Shown here piece after piece: positions 41,471-51,752 of a stretch of DNA of 64,000 nt. This DNA is from a virus. The position numbers and the translations under genes were made by a program. Location: the IMG/VR virus record IMGVR_UViG_3300036765_000035. The stretch is one strand, 5' to 3'. Position 1 is the stretch's first letter; each line of letters begins with the position of its first letter. Under the pieces are notes generated by a model, which did not search any database, had not been told where the DNA came from, and worked only from the letters and a program-made list of their open reading frames with translations.

Positions 41471-43664
41471 TATTTGAAAAACGATTCTTTAATTCTATTT
41501 TCAAAGTTTTATTAAACATCGCTGATACTTCATTTCTATGTGAAACAACATACATTGATAAGTTATTTTCTTTTGAAACTTCTTTAATCATTTTTACAGC
41601 CATCATAACACCAACATCACTTAAACCAGTGTCTAGACATTCGTCTAACATACAAAAGTTTATTTTACTATGACCAAACTGTACAACATCTCTAAATGCA
41701 AAAGATAAAGCAAAATCTATCCTTGCCTTTTGACCAGATGATAAATTTGCATATTTTATTGGTGTTCCGAAATTACTAATTTCTGCTGTCATTTCATTAG
41801 TAAATTTGACAATATGTGGTAATCCAATCTTTTTTAAATAATAATCTAACCTTGAATTTAAATATGGTATACTTTTATCCAATAGAGCTTTTCTAATAAA
41901 CGAATCCTTTTTTGTCAATAATTTATACAAAAACATTTTATGCTCAATATCATCAGATAATTTTTCAATTTCTTTCTCTTTTGATTCATCTAATTCAATT
42001 TTATTATAATCATCAATTACCGAATCATATGGATTTGCACTTTTTGTAATTTCATCAATTAAAGATTTGGAGTTGTTATACTTGTTTTCATCTTTTATTA
42101 AATCATTTAATGATTCATATTCTATGTCAATATCATCAAATTCACTTTTTACGGTTTTAATAAGTTTATTTATTTTAACCCTATTTGATTTAAAATTAGA
42201 TATATCTTCATTTATCTCTCCATTATTATGAGGGTTTATTGAATCATTTAATTTATTTAAATCTCTTTTATAGTTTTTATATGTTATTTCACTTTTGTTT
42301 AACTCATCCAAAGTTTTGAATGATAACTCATTGGAAATAATTTTGATTTTATTTTTTATTTTTTTTATTTTAACATTGATTGATTCTTTATTTTTTTCAG
42401 ATGAATTAATATTTTCTTCAGTTGTTTTAATCGTCTTGATTAAATCATCTAATTTTAATTTTGCGTCATTGAACTGTTGTTTACAATAAGGACATTTAGA
42501 TTGTTCTAATAATGTCTCTTCTTTTTTCATTGTTTTTAAATTATTCAATGATGTTTTTATATTTGATTCAATATCATCAAATGTATCAATTTTTTTATCT
42601 AGTTTATTATCAAGACTTTCAAGTAGTAAAAATAATTCTCTGTTTACATCAAAATCATAGTGTTCATATTCATTGATTTTTAGTTTTAGTGAATTTATCT
42701 CATTTACCTTTTTATCTTCCCATTCTTTAGCATGGATTAACGATTTGTTAAGTAAATCAATTTTATAATCTATATTTGACAAATCATTTTTATAATCTTC
42801 AATCTGTTTTTTTAATTTTAAAAAATGTTCTAAATCGTTATAACATTTTTTAAAGTCTATATTTTTAAATTGTTTTAAAATATTTTTATGAAATTTTATT
42901 TTTTCATTTCTTTCATCTTCCCATGAAGATTGTTTCTCAATAGTCTTTTCAATTTGTTCATCGTATTTTCTTTTTTCAGAAATAAGTCTTTCTTCAAAAG
43001 CAACCAAATTTTCCAAATCCTTTTTATCTTCTTTAATAATATCTTTCAATTTTAACGCTTTTTCAGAGAGCATTGTTAAACGTGTTATTTCTTCAAGAAT
43101 CTGTTTTTGTGATACTTTGGATGAATCAGTCAATGGTAGACTTAAAAAAGGTCTATGTGACGTTGTATATAAAATTATTCTAGCACATGTATCAAAACTC
43201 ATACCAATTATCGATTCAATTACATTGTTTATATTTGATACACTATCAGGTGTTATATCTTCTGTTTTTTTATCTTTTTTATTAAAATTATTATCACCAA
43301 TTCTTCTATGAATAATTGCCCCATTTCCACCCAATGCTTTATTTTTTCTAAAACGTGATATTTTATAAAAAACATTGTTTATTTGAAAAAATAGGCAAAC
43401 TTCCATGTCTTTGTTATTAACATTATTAATAATATCATTAATTTGAACATCTGGGGTTAAAACTTTTCCAAACAATGCATACATTAATCCATTAACCATT
43501 GTGGTTTTCCCTGCCCCATTACTGTCTAGTTGTCCTTGGACAGTAACATCTAAGTTTTCACCTACAACTAAAATTGGTTCATTAAAATTTAGATTGAACT
43601 CATTTACGTTGTTTCCATAAGAAAAAAAATTTCTTAATGTCAATTTATGAAATGTTATTTCCAT
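41454..43664 (-). CDS. 46: Rad50/SbcC-like recombination ATPase (T4 gp46-like)
   Basis: Walker A NGAGKTT. Long coiled coil with a CPYC zinc-hook. C-terminal signature LSSGQKARIDFALSFAF and Walker B MLDECLD. Confidence 0.8.
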   Translation of the reverse strand: MEITFHKLTLRNFFSYGNNVNEFNLNFNEPILVVGENLDVTVQGQLDSNGAGKTTMVNGLMYALFGKVLTPDVQINDIINNVNNKDMEVCLFFQINNVFYKISRFRKNKALGGNGAIIHRRIGDNNFNKKDKKTEDITPDSVSNINNVIESIIGMSFDTCARIILYTTSHRPFLSLPLTDSSKVSQKQILEEITRLTMLSEKALKLKDIIKEDKKDLENLVAFEERLISEKRKYDEQIEKTIEKQSSWEDERNEKIKFHKNILKQFKNIDFKKCYNDLEHFLKLKKQIEDYKNDLSNIDYKIDLLNKSLIHAKEWEDKKVNEINSLKLKINEYEHYDFDVNRELFLLLESLDNKLDKKIDTFDDIESNIKTSLNNLKTMKKEETLLEQSKCPYCKQQFNDAKLKLDDLIKTIKTTEENINSSEKNKESINVKIKKIKNKIKIISNELSFKTLDELNKSEITYKNYKRDLNKLNDSINPHNNGEINEDISNFKSNRVKINKLIKTVKSEFDDIDIEYESLNDLIKDENKYNNSKSLIDEITKSANPYDSVIDDYNKIELDESKEKEIEKLSDDIEHKMFLYKLLTKKDSFIRKALLDKSIPYLNSRLDYYLKKIGLPHIVKFTNEMTAEISNFGTPIKYANLSSGQKARIDFALSFAFRDVVQFGHSKINFCMLDECLDTGLSDVGVMMAVKMIKEVSKENNLSMYVVSHRNEVSAMFNKTLKIELKNRFSNIKKES

Positions 43665-44740
43665 TATAACTGCCTAAATATTTCTTGTAGTTTAGTATTT
43701 TTTATTTTATCTGATTTAACATTAGTTAACATTAAAACAACAGATTCTTCAGTTGTCATAGCATTGAGTTCATCGTCAGATAAATTATGTTCTGTTTCCG
43801 CTAAAATACTCTGTAGATTGTTTATTTCTTTTAATCTCATCTCTCTTAGCTCATACATTTCCATGTATTTTGTTCTTATATCAATATCTTCTTGTAATGT
43901 TATGTCAATATCAACTAAACATTCGACCCTTGCATTTTTACACAGAATTGATTCATGTTCTTCCAAAAGTTGAGATAGTGTTACATTAATATATTTTGGG
44001 CAATCATCCCAATTAATATATTTTACAGTATCTGTATCAAAGTTATATGTTGCCATCCCTCTATTGACATCACCTGCATCACTAAAGTCAGCAGGAAAAC
44101 AATTTCCAATAAAATGAACATTATCTTTGTTCTGTCTTTTATGAAAATGCCCAGAAAAAATCTTTTTAATTGATTTAAAATTAGTATGGTCAGTACCATG
44201 CTCCATTACTACATGCTCACCAGTTAGCACAAATCCCTTGAATTCAAAATGACCAAACCAGACAGGTATATCCATGTATGCCAATAATTTATCATATTCA
44301 TCATGGAATAAATAAGGTGAAACTAAAGAACCTTTTTTACCCAACCTTGAAAAAACAGTTGGTTCATTAACAATTGTTATATTTTCAAAAGATTCAAAGA
44401 AATTGGTTGTATAAACTTCCCTGTTTGTTCGATAGTATAAATCATGGTTTCCTATTATCATAAAAATAGGTAAACCTAATTCATTTAATCTTTTTGCTCC
44501 ATTATATGAATATTTGAGTGTTAACCCATCAACTGATGAACGATGTTCATACCAATCTCCAATAAACACAATACAATCAATTTCTTTGTCTTTTGAAACA
44601 TTATCACAGAACCAATCAATATAATCCAAACAATCTTGGTTATGAACAGAACTATTTGCCATTCTACCAAAATGAATATCTGTAAACATTGCACATTTTT
44701 TGTAATAATTTTTATTCTTCATCTTCGCTTTCTTCAACAT
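43664..44740 (-). CDS. 47: Mre11/SbcD-like nuclease (T4 gp47-like)
   Basis: Phosphoesterase motifs DIHFG, GDWYEH, GNHD, GHFH. Start-stop coupled to the gp46-like gene. Confidence 0.85.
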   Translation of the reverse strand: MLKKAKMKNKNYYKKCAMFTDIHFGRMANSSVHNQDCLDYIDWFCDNVSKDKEIDCIVFIGDWYEHRSSVDGLTLKYSYNGAKRLNELGLPIFMIIGNHDLYYRTNREVYTTNFFESFENITIVNEPTVFSRLGKKGSLVSPYLFHDEYDKLLAYMDIPVWFGHFEFKGFVLTGEHVVMEHGTDHTNFKSIKKIFSGHFHKRQNKDNVHFIGNCFPADFSDAGDVNRGMATYNFDTDTVKYINWDDCPKYINVTLSQLLEEHESILCKNARVECLVDIDITLQEDIDIRTKYMEMYELREMRLKEINNLQSILAETEHNLSDDELNAMTTEESVVLMLTNVKSDKIKNTKLQEIFRQL

Positions 44741-45212
44741 AATTTATTTCAATTACGTCACCTTCAATATTTGTCCCCTCATATGAATCATGTTCAGTTC
44801 TCATTGCTTCTTCATGAGCAACCATATAAGAATATGAAGGTGATTTATTTAATTCAATCAATAAATCATTTTTTATATCTTTTTCTTTTTTCTCAGCATT
44901 TTGGTATTGATAAAATGCATTTTTAATAATAGATGTATAATATGAAAAAGGGTTTGGATTTTCTCTATCACAATCAAATTTACTCCATTTTTCAACCATT
45001 GTTTGTATTGCAAAGTTTTTCATATCATCTTTGAAATGTGTTGTGACATAAAATCTAGATGATGATGCATACTTGTCAACCAATAAAATAATCATTTTAG
45101 TCAGCTTATCTGTCAATTTGTTATTTTCCTTACTTAATTTAATTTCAGTAATTAAGTCTCTATTATTTACATAATTTTTTACTCTTCGAGTTTTAGGTTT
45201 TTTTTCTTCCAT
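44712..45212 (-). CDS. 55: Late-transcription sigma factor (T4 gp55-like)
   Basis: KPKTRRVKNYVNNRDLITEI and NPNPFSYYTSIIKNAFYQYQNAEKKEKD align with T4 gp55 KPKYNYVNNKELLQAI and [24 protein letters not shown]. T4-like synteny 46-47-55. Confidence 0.7.
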   Translation of the reverse strand: MEEKKPKTRRVKNYVNNRDLITEIKLSKENNKLTDKLTKMIILLVDKYASSSRFYVTTHFKDDMKNFAIQTMVEKWSKFDCDRENPNPFSYYTSIIKNAFYQYQNAEKKEKDIKNDLLIELNKSPSYSYMVAHEEAMRTEHDSYEGTNIEGDVIEINYVEESEDEE

Positions 45213-45233
45213 GTATTTCTTCCATTATATCAT

Positions 45234-45262
45234 TTCGATATATGATTATATCATATATCGAA
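45234..45262. promoter_or_regulatory. Perfect 13-3-13 palindrome TTCGATATATGAT-TAT-ATCATATATCGAA (operator-like) overlapping the promoter of the gp55 gene
   Basis: The right arm equals the reverse complement of the left arm exactly, checked base by base. Confidence 0.7.
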
Positions 45263-45273
45263 TAAAATGTCAA
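45245..45273 (-). promoter_or_regulatory. Consensus sigma70-type promoter on the minus strand (TTGACA, 17 nt, TATAAT) driving the gp55 gene
   Basis: Reverse complement of 45245..45273 reads TTGACAttttattcgatatatgaTATAAT. The ATG of gp55 is at 45212. Confidence 0.6.
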
Positions 45274-45323
45274 CATCTTTTTTAAAATTTTTAAAAAGGT
45301 AAATTTCTATAAATTTCCAATAA

Positions 45324-45331
45324 TATAAATA
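45324..45331 (+). promoter_or_regulatory. T4-type late promoter box TATAAATA upstream of the 45349 gene
   Basis: Exact TATAAATA 18 nt upstream of the ATG. Confidence 0.45.
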
Positions 45332-45348
45332 TACGTATATGGTAAATA

Positions 45349-45867
45349 TTGAAGGTTATAATAATGGATAATAAAATAACACTACGTGCTAATACTGATA
45401 TTGTTATATTGGATGTTACCCCAAGAATATCAGAGTCACGTACAACAAATTTTGTAGATGCACCAGCACCTTCAGTTAGTGCTGTTGTTGTATATGAATC
45501 AACACAAGGAAGAAAATGGTCTATAAACGCACGATTAATATCTAGAACAGTAGAAGAAGCTAATAAAAATTTTAAGTATATGAACATATTAAAGTCATGG
45601 ATGGTTCCAAAACAAAATTCTGGTGCACTAGGTGTACCACCTGTAGTAACATTGTCTGGGTACAAAGCACAATTTTATGATGTTACAACACAAATGACAT
45701 CATTAAATATTGATTTCCCTGATAATGTTGATTATATAGAAACATCAAAAGCACATGTTCCAATTATTCAAAATATAACTATAACATTAACAGAAAAACA
45801 TGAACCAGAAGATAGAGCTAGTTTTAATTTAACTAATTTTAAACGTGGATTATTGAGAGGATTTTAA
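45349..45867 (+). CDS. Hypothetical late protein (structural/assembly?). Preferred over the antisense ORF 45291..45665.
   Basis: 172 aa, coding-like composition, preceded by a TATAAATA box and followed immediately by the gp53-like gene. Confidence 0.45.
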   Translation: MKVIIMDNKITLRANTDIVILDVTPRISESRTTNFVDAPAPSVSAVVVYESTQGRKWSINARLISRTVEEANKNFKYMNILKSWMVPKQNSGALGVPPVVTLSGYKAQFYDVTTQMTSLNIDFPDNVDYIETSKAHVPIIQNITITLTEKHEPEDRASFNLTNFKRGLLRGF

Positions 45868-45868
45868 A

Positions 45869-46207
45869 TTGTCAAATTTCAAAACATACGAAAATAAAAC
45901 GTCAATAAAAAAAAGATATTCTAGACTTTTAAAAGGTGGAACAGTTGATGTCTTTGAAAAAAAATTAGGATGGTGGGAAAGAAAATCAGATATAGAAAAA
46001 AATCAAGTTGATGATATTGTTTTTAAAATTACCCCAAAATATGAAAACAGACCAGATTTAGTAGCATATGATATATACAATAGACCAGATTTAGAATGGA
46101 TTGTATTAATGTATAATAACATAATAGATATAAACGAAGAATTTATTACTGGTAAAACAATATTTTTGCCTAGTGTAGATAGAGTATTTTACAATATAAC
46201 AATTTAA
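45869..46207 (+). CDS. 53: Baseplate wedge protein gp53-like (LysM-like fold)
   Basis: RPDLVAYDIYNRPDLEWIVLMYNNIIDINEEF resembles T4 gp53 EEIANAIYGNPQLYWVLLMCNDNYDPYYGW. Confidence 0.45.
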   Translation: MSNFKTYENKTSIKKRYSRLLKGGTVDVFEKKLGWWERKSDIEKNQVDDIVFKITPKYENRPDLVAYDIYNRPDLEWIVLMYNNIIDINEEFITGKTIFLPSVDRVFYNITI

Positions 46208-46211
46208 AAAA

Positions 46212-48047
46212 ATGTCAACACCTAAAAATCCATTAGACAAATATTATAATTATAGAATGAAAAATGTTCTTGTTGCTTTCAAAAAAGTAGAGGATGCATC
46301 AACATTTAACATAACACAACAAATGGGACGAGAAGGAGATTCTGTTGCAGGATGTAGTACAGGGTTTATTGTATTGACAGATTATGATAAAGAAAGAAGA
46401 TTTTATTTAAATAGAGCAGAATTTGAATTTTCATTCTTCTCTCCAAATAATGACATCAACACATCAAATGTTGGTGTATTAGAAGTACACGAAAGTATAG
46501 GATATTCATTCTTAGATTATTTATATTTGGATATTATATCAAATTTTGGTGATACTACAGTTTCTCAAACAGGGTTTGCATTAAAGACTTTTTTTGAATG
46601 TTATGATATAAACGGTAATCTTATGGAAGTATTAACAGGAAACCAATATGTATTTCAAGTAAGTAATATTGTTTCATCAACCAACAGTTTATCAGCAAAT
46701 ATAAGAACACATAAGTTAATGGTAATGTCTTGTGGTCAAACAGTGGGACAAATGCCTTCATATTCAAATATTTATCAAATGAATTTGACACATAAAGATG
46801 GAGCACTGCATGATAAAGTACCTACACCTGAAGCACCTACATGTGGGTTAATGCCACGTGGTGCAGAAGATGGTATAAAATATCCTGCAAGAGAAAAACG
46901 TCTAGAAAGAAGTAAACCAATGAAAACATTAAAAGATGCATTTGATGCTTTTCAATTAGAATTAGATAGTCAAAAGAGTCCACATAAAGCACAATTACAA
47001 CAATGGTTGAGATATGTAAGAGATAATCATGTTGATAAAATAGAAGTTCCACCAAAGCATAAAAAACCTTTGGAGTCAGATGATTTACCAATTAAATTTG
47101 AAGTAAAATTAGATAGTGAATATCACTCATATGAAATAGATAATAGAAACATAATTGTTGAACAACCTGAACAAGACCAAACAAAAAATGGTATAAGAAC
47201 GTTATCATTTGAACCATCAACAACAATAAATTGTGCAATTGACAAAATCATGAGCTTATCCAAACGTGTTGGTGAAGACATTTTAGGTAAACCAGCATAT
47301 GTACCAAAAGTTAGTATTTCAGTTTATAGGGGATGTGATGATATTGTTAAAATAACAGTAATAATTAAAAAAATAGAGTTGGCACATAATTCAATATCAT
47401 TTGATACTGGACCGGGTAAAGGTGCAGTAAATCCATTAACGTTTAGGATGAATGAAAAAGATTCAGAAGATAATGATATTTTTTTAATAACATCAAAAAC
47501 ATCATATCAGGTAGGTAATGGAGTAATGGAAAATCATATTGATAGTCCTGAAGCAAATATAGTATATGGTGATAGGGAGCAAACAAGCGTAGAACGAGCA
47601 CAAGAGTTAAAATATTTTAAAACGTTTAATAGCGGTGTTAGATTATTGATTGATACACAAAAGGGAAATGGTGTAGAACAAGGAGATTTATTTTCAGCAC
47701 CAAATACATCAATTGCAATGCAATATTCACATTTTTCTATATTTATTCGTGGTAATCCATATTTATTATATGATGTAAACAGAAAACCAACAGACATTGC
47801 TAATGAGAATCCTAGTAACCCACACTATTACAAATTTCCTGAATATTATCCAATGTATGCAAAATTGATAATATATGAAAAAAAATATGCAACAAATGAA
47901 AACAATAAAGAAAAAGAGATGCATTATCATGATAAATATTATCATGTAACTAAGGTAAGAAATGTATTCGATTACAATGGTGGTAATTCTGTGGGTGGGA
48001 CATTTTCACAATTATTAGAACTTAGAAGAACAGATGATTTGATGTAA
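46212..48047 (+). CDS. Large hypothetical structural protein upstream of the portal gene
   Basis: 611-aa ORF with no NTPase motif. Context is gp53-like, then this gene, then portal. Confidence 0.4.
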   Translation: MSTPKNPLDKYYNYRMKNVLVAFKKVEDASTFNITQQMGREGDSVAGCSTGFIVLTDYDKERRFYLNRAEFEFSFFSPNNDINTSNVGVLEVHESIGYSFLDYLYLDIISNFGDTTVSQTGFALKTFFECYDINGNLMEVLTGNQYVFQVSNIVSSTNSLSANIRTHKLMVMSCGQTVGQMPSYSNIYQMNLTHKDGALHDKVPTPEAPTCGLMPRGAEDGIKYPAREKRLERSKPMKTLKDAFDAFQLELDSQKSPHKAQLQQWLRYVRDNHVDKIEVPPKHKKPLESDDLPIKFEVKLDSEYHSYEIDNRNIIVEQPEQDQTKNGIRTLSFEPSTTINCAIDKIMSLSKRVGEDILGKPAYVPKVSISVYRGCDDIVKITVIIKKIELAHNSISFDTGPGKGAVNPLTFRMNEKDSEDNDIFLITSKTSYQVGNGVMENHIDSPEANIVYGDREQTSVERAQELKYFKTFNSGVRLLIDTQKGNGVEQGDLFSAPNTSIAMQYSHFSIFIRGNPYLLYDVNRKPTDIANENPSNPHYYKFPEYYPMYAKLIIYEKKYATNENNKEKEMHYHDKYYHVTKVRNVFDYNGGNSVGGTFSQLLELRRTDDLM

Positions 48048-48055
48048 TATAAATA
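48048..48055 (+). promoter_or_regulatory. T4-type late promoter box TATAAATA upstream of the portal gene
   Basis: Exact TATAAATA 26 nt upstream of the portal ATG. Confidence 0.5.
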
Positions 48056-48080
48056 TATTAAATAAAAACGGTTTTTAGAA

Positions 48081-49778
48081 ATGGCAATAACAAAATATTA
48101 TAAAATAGTACAACCATCACATGATATAGTTGCAAGAGCAGATAATGCATCTATGAGTGGTATGTTATATGGTAATTATACATGGTATCATAGGTTAGTT
48201 CATGGCTCAAGTTCAAGAATAGTTAAATACAAAGAATATGATTTAATGGATGAAGATATTGATGTTGCACGTTCATTAGATATTATTGCAGAAGAGATGA
48301 CTGGTAATAGTCCAAAAACAAAAGAACCATTATTAATAAAATTAAATGATGAATATGGTCAAACAATACAAAGCAATACAGTTATAACATTAAAAGCTGC
48401 ATTGGCAACATGGTCAAGAATACAAGCATGGAAAACAAGATTATTTACAATAGCAAGACAAACAATTAAATATGGTGATTGCTTTTTTATACGACCTGAA
48501 AATACAAATGAAAAAATAATATATGTTCATCCAAAAAATGTATTATCCGCTGTTGTTTCCGAAAATGATATTTCAGATATTAGAGGGTGGTACATTCGTG
48601 ATAGATATATGCAACAAACATCAACAAACCAACCATATAATAGTATGGCAAATGGTTCCGATATTGCAAGTGCCGATGTTATAGCATATTTAGAAGATGA
48701 TATTATTAGGTTTTCATTAAATGATGAAATGTCAGATGAAGCTCCTTTTGGTATTTCAATATTAAGACCTGTTTATAAAACTTTTAAACAAAAAGAATTA
48801 TTAGAGGATGCAATATTAATATATCGTATTCAACGTGCACCAGAAAAAAGAGTATATTATGTAGATGTAGGTAAAACTCCACCAAATATGGTATCTGCTG
48901 TTTTACAGAATATTAAAAATGAGCTTAAACAAAAGAAAATACCGACATATTATGGTGGAAAATCAACAATTGATTCAATCTATAATCCAGAATCTATGTC
49001 AGAAGATATATTTTTACCACAACGTTCAGACGGTTCAGGGAGTAAAGTAGAAACATTGCCCGGTGGTGCAGGCTTGGGTGAATTAGCAGACTTAGAATAT
49101 TTTTATAAAAAAATGTGGAGAGCAATGCGTATCCCGAATTCATATATGTCTAACATGACTGAAGATGGTTCTGTTGATAATAATGGGAGAGTTGGTATTG
49201 CGTATATGCAGGAAATTAAGTTTAGTTTATATATCCAAAGGTTACAAAAATCAATTGAAGTAACAATGGATAAAGAATTTAAAAGATATTTACATACTAT
49301 TGGAATAAAAATCGACCCTACAATGTATGATGTAGTTTTACCAGAACCTTCTGATTATAGTAAATCTAAAGAATCTTCAACAAATCAAGAAAATGTTGGA
49401 ATATACACAAGTGTAGATGGAATAGAATCATTATCAAAACGTTTTTCTATGAAGAAATACTTACAATTAACACCTGATGAAATTAAAGAAAATGAAAGAT
49501 TGAAAGCAGAAGAATTAGGGTTAGATATGGATAATGATAAAAATAATTTGGCAAAAATATATAATCCAAAAGAAGCTGAATTAGGTGGATTCGAAGGTGG
49601 ATTGGGTGGAAGTCCATCATTTGGTGGTGGAATGAGTGGAGGTGGTGAAGGATTACCATCAGAAGAAAATGAAGGTGGAGAAAATACTGAAGGTGAACAA
49701 AATCCAGAAAATTCTCCAACTCAAAAGGGAATGAATGGTAATTCAATACAACAATCACCAGAAACACCACCACTATAA
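48081..49778 (+). CDS. 20: Portal vertex protein (T4 gp20-like)
   Basis: [30 protein letters not shown] aligns with T4 gp20 [62 protein letters not shown] aligns with [33 protein letters not shown]. Confidence 0.85.
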   Translation: [565 protein letters not shown]

Positions 49779-49891
49779 AAAATTATTAAATTTAAACAAA
49801 CATATAAATAATAGAAGGTAATATATTTTTTGAATCAATTATGAAAAATACCTTATTAAAAATAAGATTATAATAACTTGGGGAATAATCA

Positions 49892-50086
49892 ATGAAATCA
49901 ATGACATTTAAGAAATTTTTAGTTGAATACACAAAACAAAAGAAAAAAATGAAAAGTGATGTGTGTAAATGTGAATTACTAGAAGACGAAGATGAAAAAA
50001 AAGAATGTTTGAAAAAATTAATGGATAAAGAAAAAAACGATGAAATAGTGGACTATATTTCTAAATCTGTTATTGCAAATAATTAA
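49892..50086 (+). CDS. Small hypothetical protein
   Basis: 64-aa ORF. A TATAAATA box lies at 49803-49810 upstream. Confidence 0.3.
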   Translation: MKSMTFKKFLVEYTKQKKKMKSDVCKCELLEDEDEKKECLKKLMDKEKNDEIVDYISKSVIANN

Positions 50087-50095
50087 GGTGAAAAA

Positions 50096-50746
50096 ATGAA
50101 CGTATTATTTAAAACAAAAATAAATGAAAAAACAAGGGAAAATATTGAAAGCGTTGGTTTAAAAATTGTTGAAGAAAATAAGGATGGATACGTTATACAA
50201 ATTTCATCTGGTAAAGACAAAATTGATTTTACAAAATATTTAACAGAAGCAAAGCAACTTGCTATGAGTAAAATTAAATCAGAATACCCCAAATTATTTG
50301 AAGATAGAAAATTAGAACTAAATGATGATATGAAACAGAATTTAGATATGTTTATTGAATCAGTTGTATCTGAAAAAGAAGAACAAAGTAATAATATTTT
50401 TAGTAAGTATGTAAATAGTAAAGTTAGTCAAATTGTACAAGAATTTATTGAAGGAAGTGCAATTAGACTTAAAGGTGATGATGTGTATATTTATGATAAA
50501 TATGTTGGCTATATAGACACTAATTTAGATGATATTGGTGGTGGGATAAGTTTTACAACAGCAGATAATACATATTCAAAAGAGTTTAACGAAATACAAG
50601 ATTTATACAAATTTTTACAACTTAGGTATAACGTAAAAGAATCTGATTCAAAAGATACAATTACAAAAACAATTGAAGAACAAATTGAAATTGCTAAAAA
50701 ATCAAAAGTAGATAATGTTGCTAGATTTGAAAAATGGTATAAGTAA
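50096..50746 (+). CDS. Hypothetical protein in the portal-protease interval (prohead core component?)
   Basis: 216-aa ORF with a consensus-like RBS (AAGGTGAAAAAATG). Confidence 0.4.
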   Translation: MNVLFKTKINEKTRENIESVGLKIVEENKDGYVIQISSGKDKIDFTKYLTEAKQLAMSKIKSEYPKLFEDRKLELNDDMKQNLDMFIESVVSEKEEQSNNIFSKYVNSKVSQIVQEFIEGSAIRLKGDDVYIYDKYVGYIDTNLDDIGGGISFTTADNTYSKEFNEIQDLYKFLQLRYNVKESDSKDTITKTIEEQIEIAKKSKVDNVARFEKWYK

Positions 50747-51063
50747 TGAAAGAAAAATTAAAAAAAGTTATTGAATGTATTAGAAACAATAATTTCGATG
50801 AAGCAAACATTGCCTTTTCTGAATATGTTGAAGAAAAGAGTTCAGAAATTTTAGCAAATAAATATATCTCTGAAAATGAAGATGCTAATGATGTTGTGGA
50901 TAAAAAAAAGAAAAAATTGAAAGATAAGAAAAATGTTGATGATACAAAAGATAAAAATTTTGTTGCAAAACATATGAGAACTTTCAATAAATCTCAAACA
51001 CACAGAGATAGAAAAAATGACTATTCTAGGAAAGAAAAACATAAAGGAAAGGGGTTTGAATAA
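50746..51063 (+). CDS. Prohead core protein gp67-like (acidic/basic low-complexity tail)
   Basis: N-terminus LKKVIECIRNNNFDEANIAFSEYVEE resembles T4 gp67 LIEAIKSNDLVAARKLFAEAM, followed by a charged tail. T4 order is 20-67-68-21. Confidence 0.4.
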   Translation: MKEKLKKVIECIRNNNFDEANIAFSEYVEEKSSEILANKYISENEDANDVVDKKKKKLKDKKNVDDTKDKNFVAKHMRTFNKSQTHRDRKNDYSRKEKHKGKGFE

Positions 51064-51686
51064 TGAGTGAAATATTAATTGAACAAGTTGTTCCATCACA
51101 AGGTGGCATTATAACAGAAAGAGTAAATAACGGTGATGTTTGGATTCAGGGAATATATATGCAAGCAGAAACCAAAAATAGAAATGGTAGAAATTATCCA
51201 TTGGCTGAAATGGTTGCTGCTGTAAACCAAGCAAATGTCGCTATAAAAGAAAATGGTGGGATATTCGGGGAGTTAGACCATCCACAAACCATAACAATTA
51301 ATATGGATAGAATATCACATGTTATAACAGAATTATACATGAATGGAAATAATGCTATAGGTAAAGCTAAATTATTAGATACACCAATGGGGTTGATTGC
51401 AAAAGAATTAGCAAAATCAGGTGTTAGATATGGTGTTTCTAGTCGTGGTGCTGGTACTGTAAATGAAGCAGGTATTGTATCAGGTTTTGGATTAGTAACA
51501 GTTGATTTAGTTGTAACACCATCTGCACAAGGTGCAATGCCAAATGTTGTATATGAATCATTAGATTTGGCAAACAATGGTAAAGAAATCATTAAATTGG
51601 CAGAATGTGTCAAACATGATAAGGAAGCACAAAAATATTTTCAAAAAGAGATTTTAAAATTTGTTAAACAATATTTATATAAATAA
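51063..51686 (+). CDS. 21: Prohead core protease (T4 gp21-like)
   Basis: GIYMQAETKNRNGRNYP / GELDHP / GVSSRGAG match T4 gp21 GIFMQAEVVNRNKRLYP / GELNHP / GVSSRGLG. Confidence 0.85.
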   Translation: MSEILIEQVVPSQGGIITERVNNGDVWIQGIYMQAETKNRNGRNYPLAEMVAAVNQANVAIKENGGIFGELDHPQTITINMDRISHVITELYMNGNNAIGKAKLLDTPMGLIAKELAKSGVRYGVSSRGAGTVNEAGIVSGFGLVTVDLVVTPSAQGAMPNVVYESLDLANNGKEIIKLAECVKHDKEAQKYFQKEILKFVKQYLYK

Positions 51687-51752
51687 TTAAATTATATGTG
51701 ACATATAGTTTTAATGAATATATAATAACAAAATATTTAAAATGTTGTTATT

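Noticed and set aside
45291-45665. Minus-strand ORF overlapping the 45349..45867 plus-strand gene
   Set aside because: The plus-strand ORF has a TATAAATA box, continues the plus-strand late operon and looks protein-like. The minus ORF is shorter and low-complexity.
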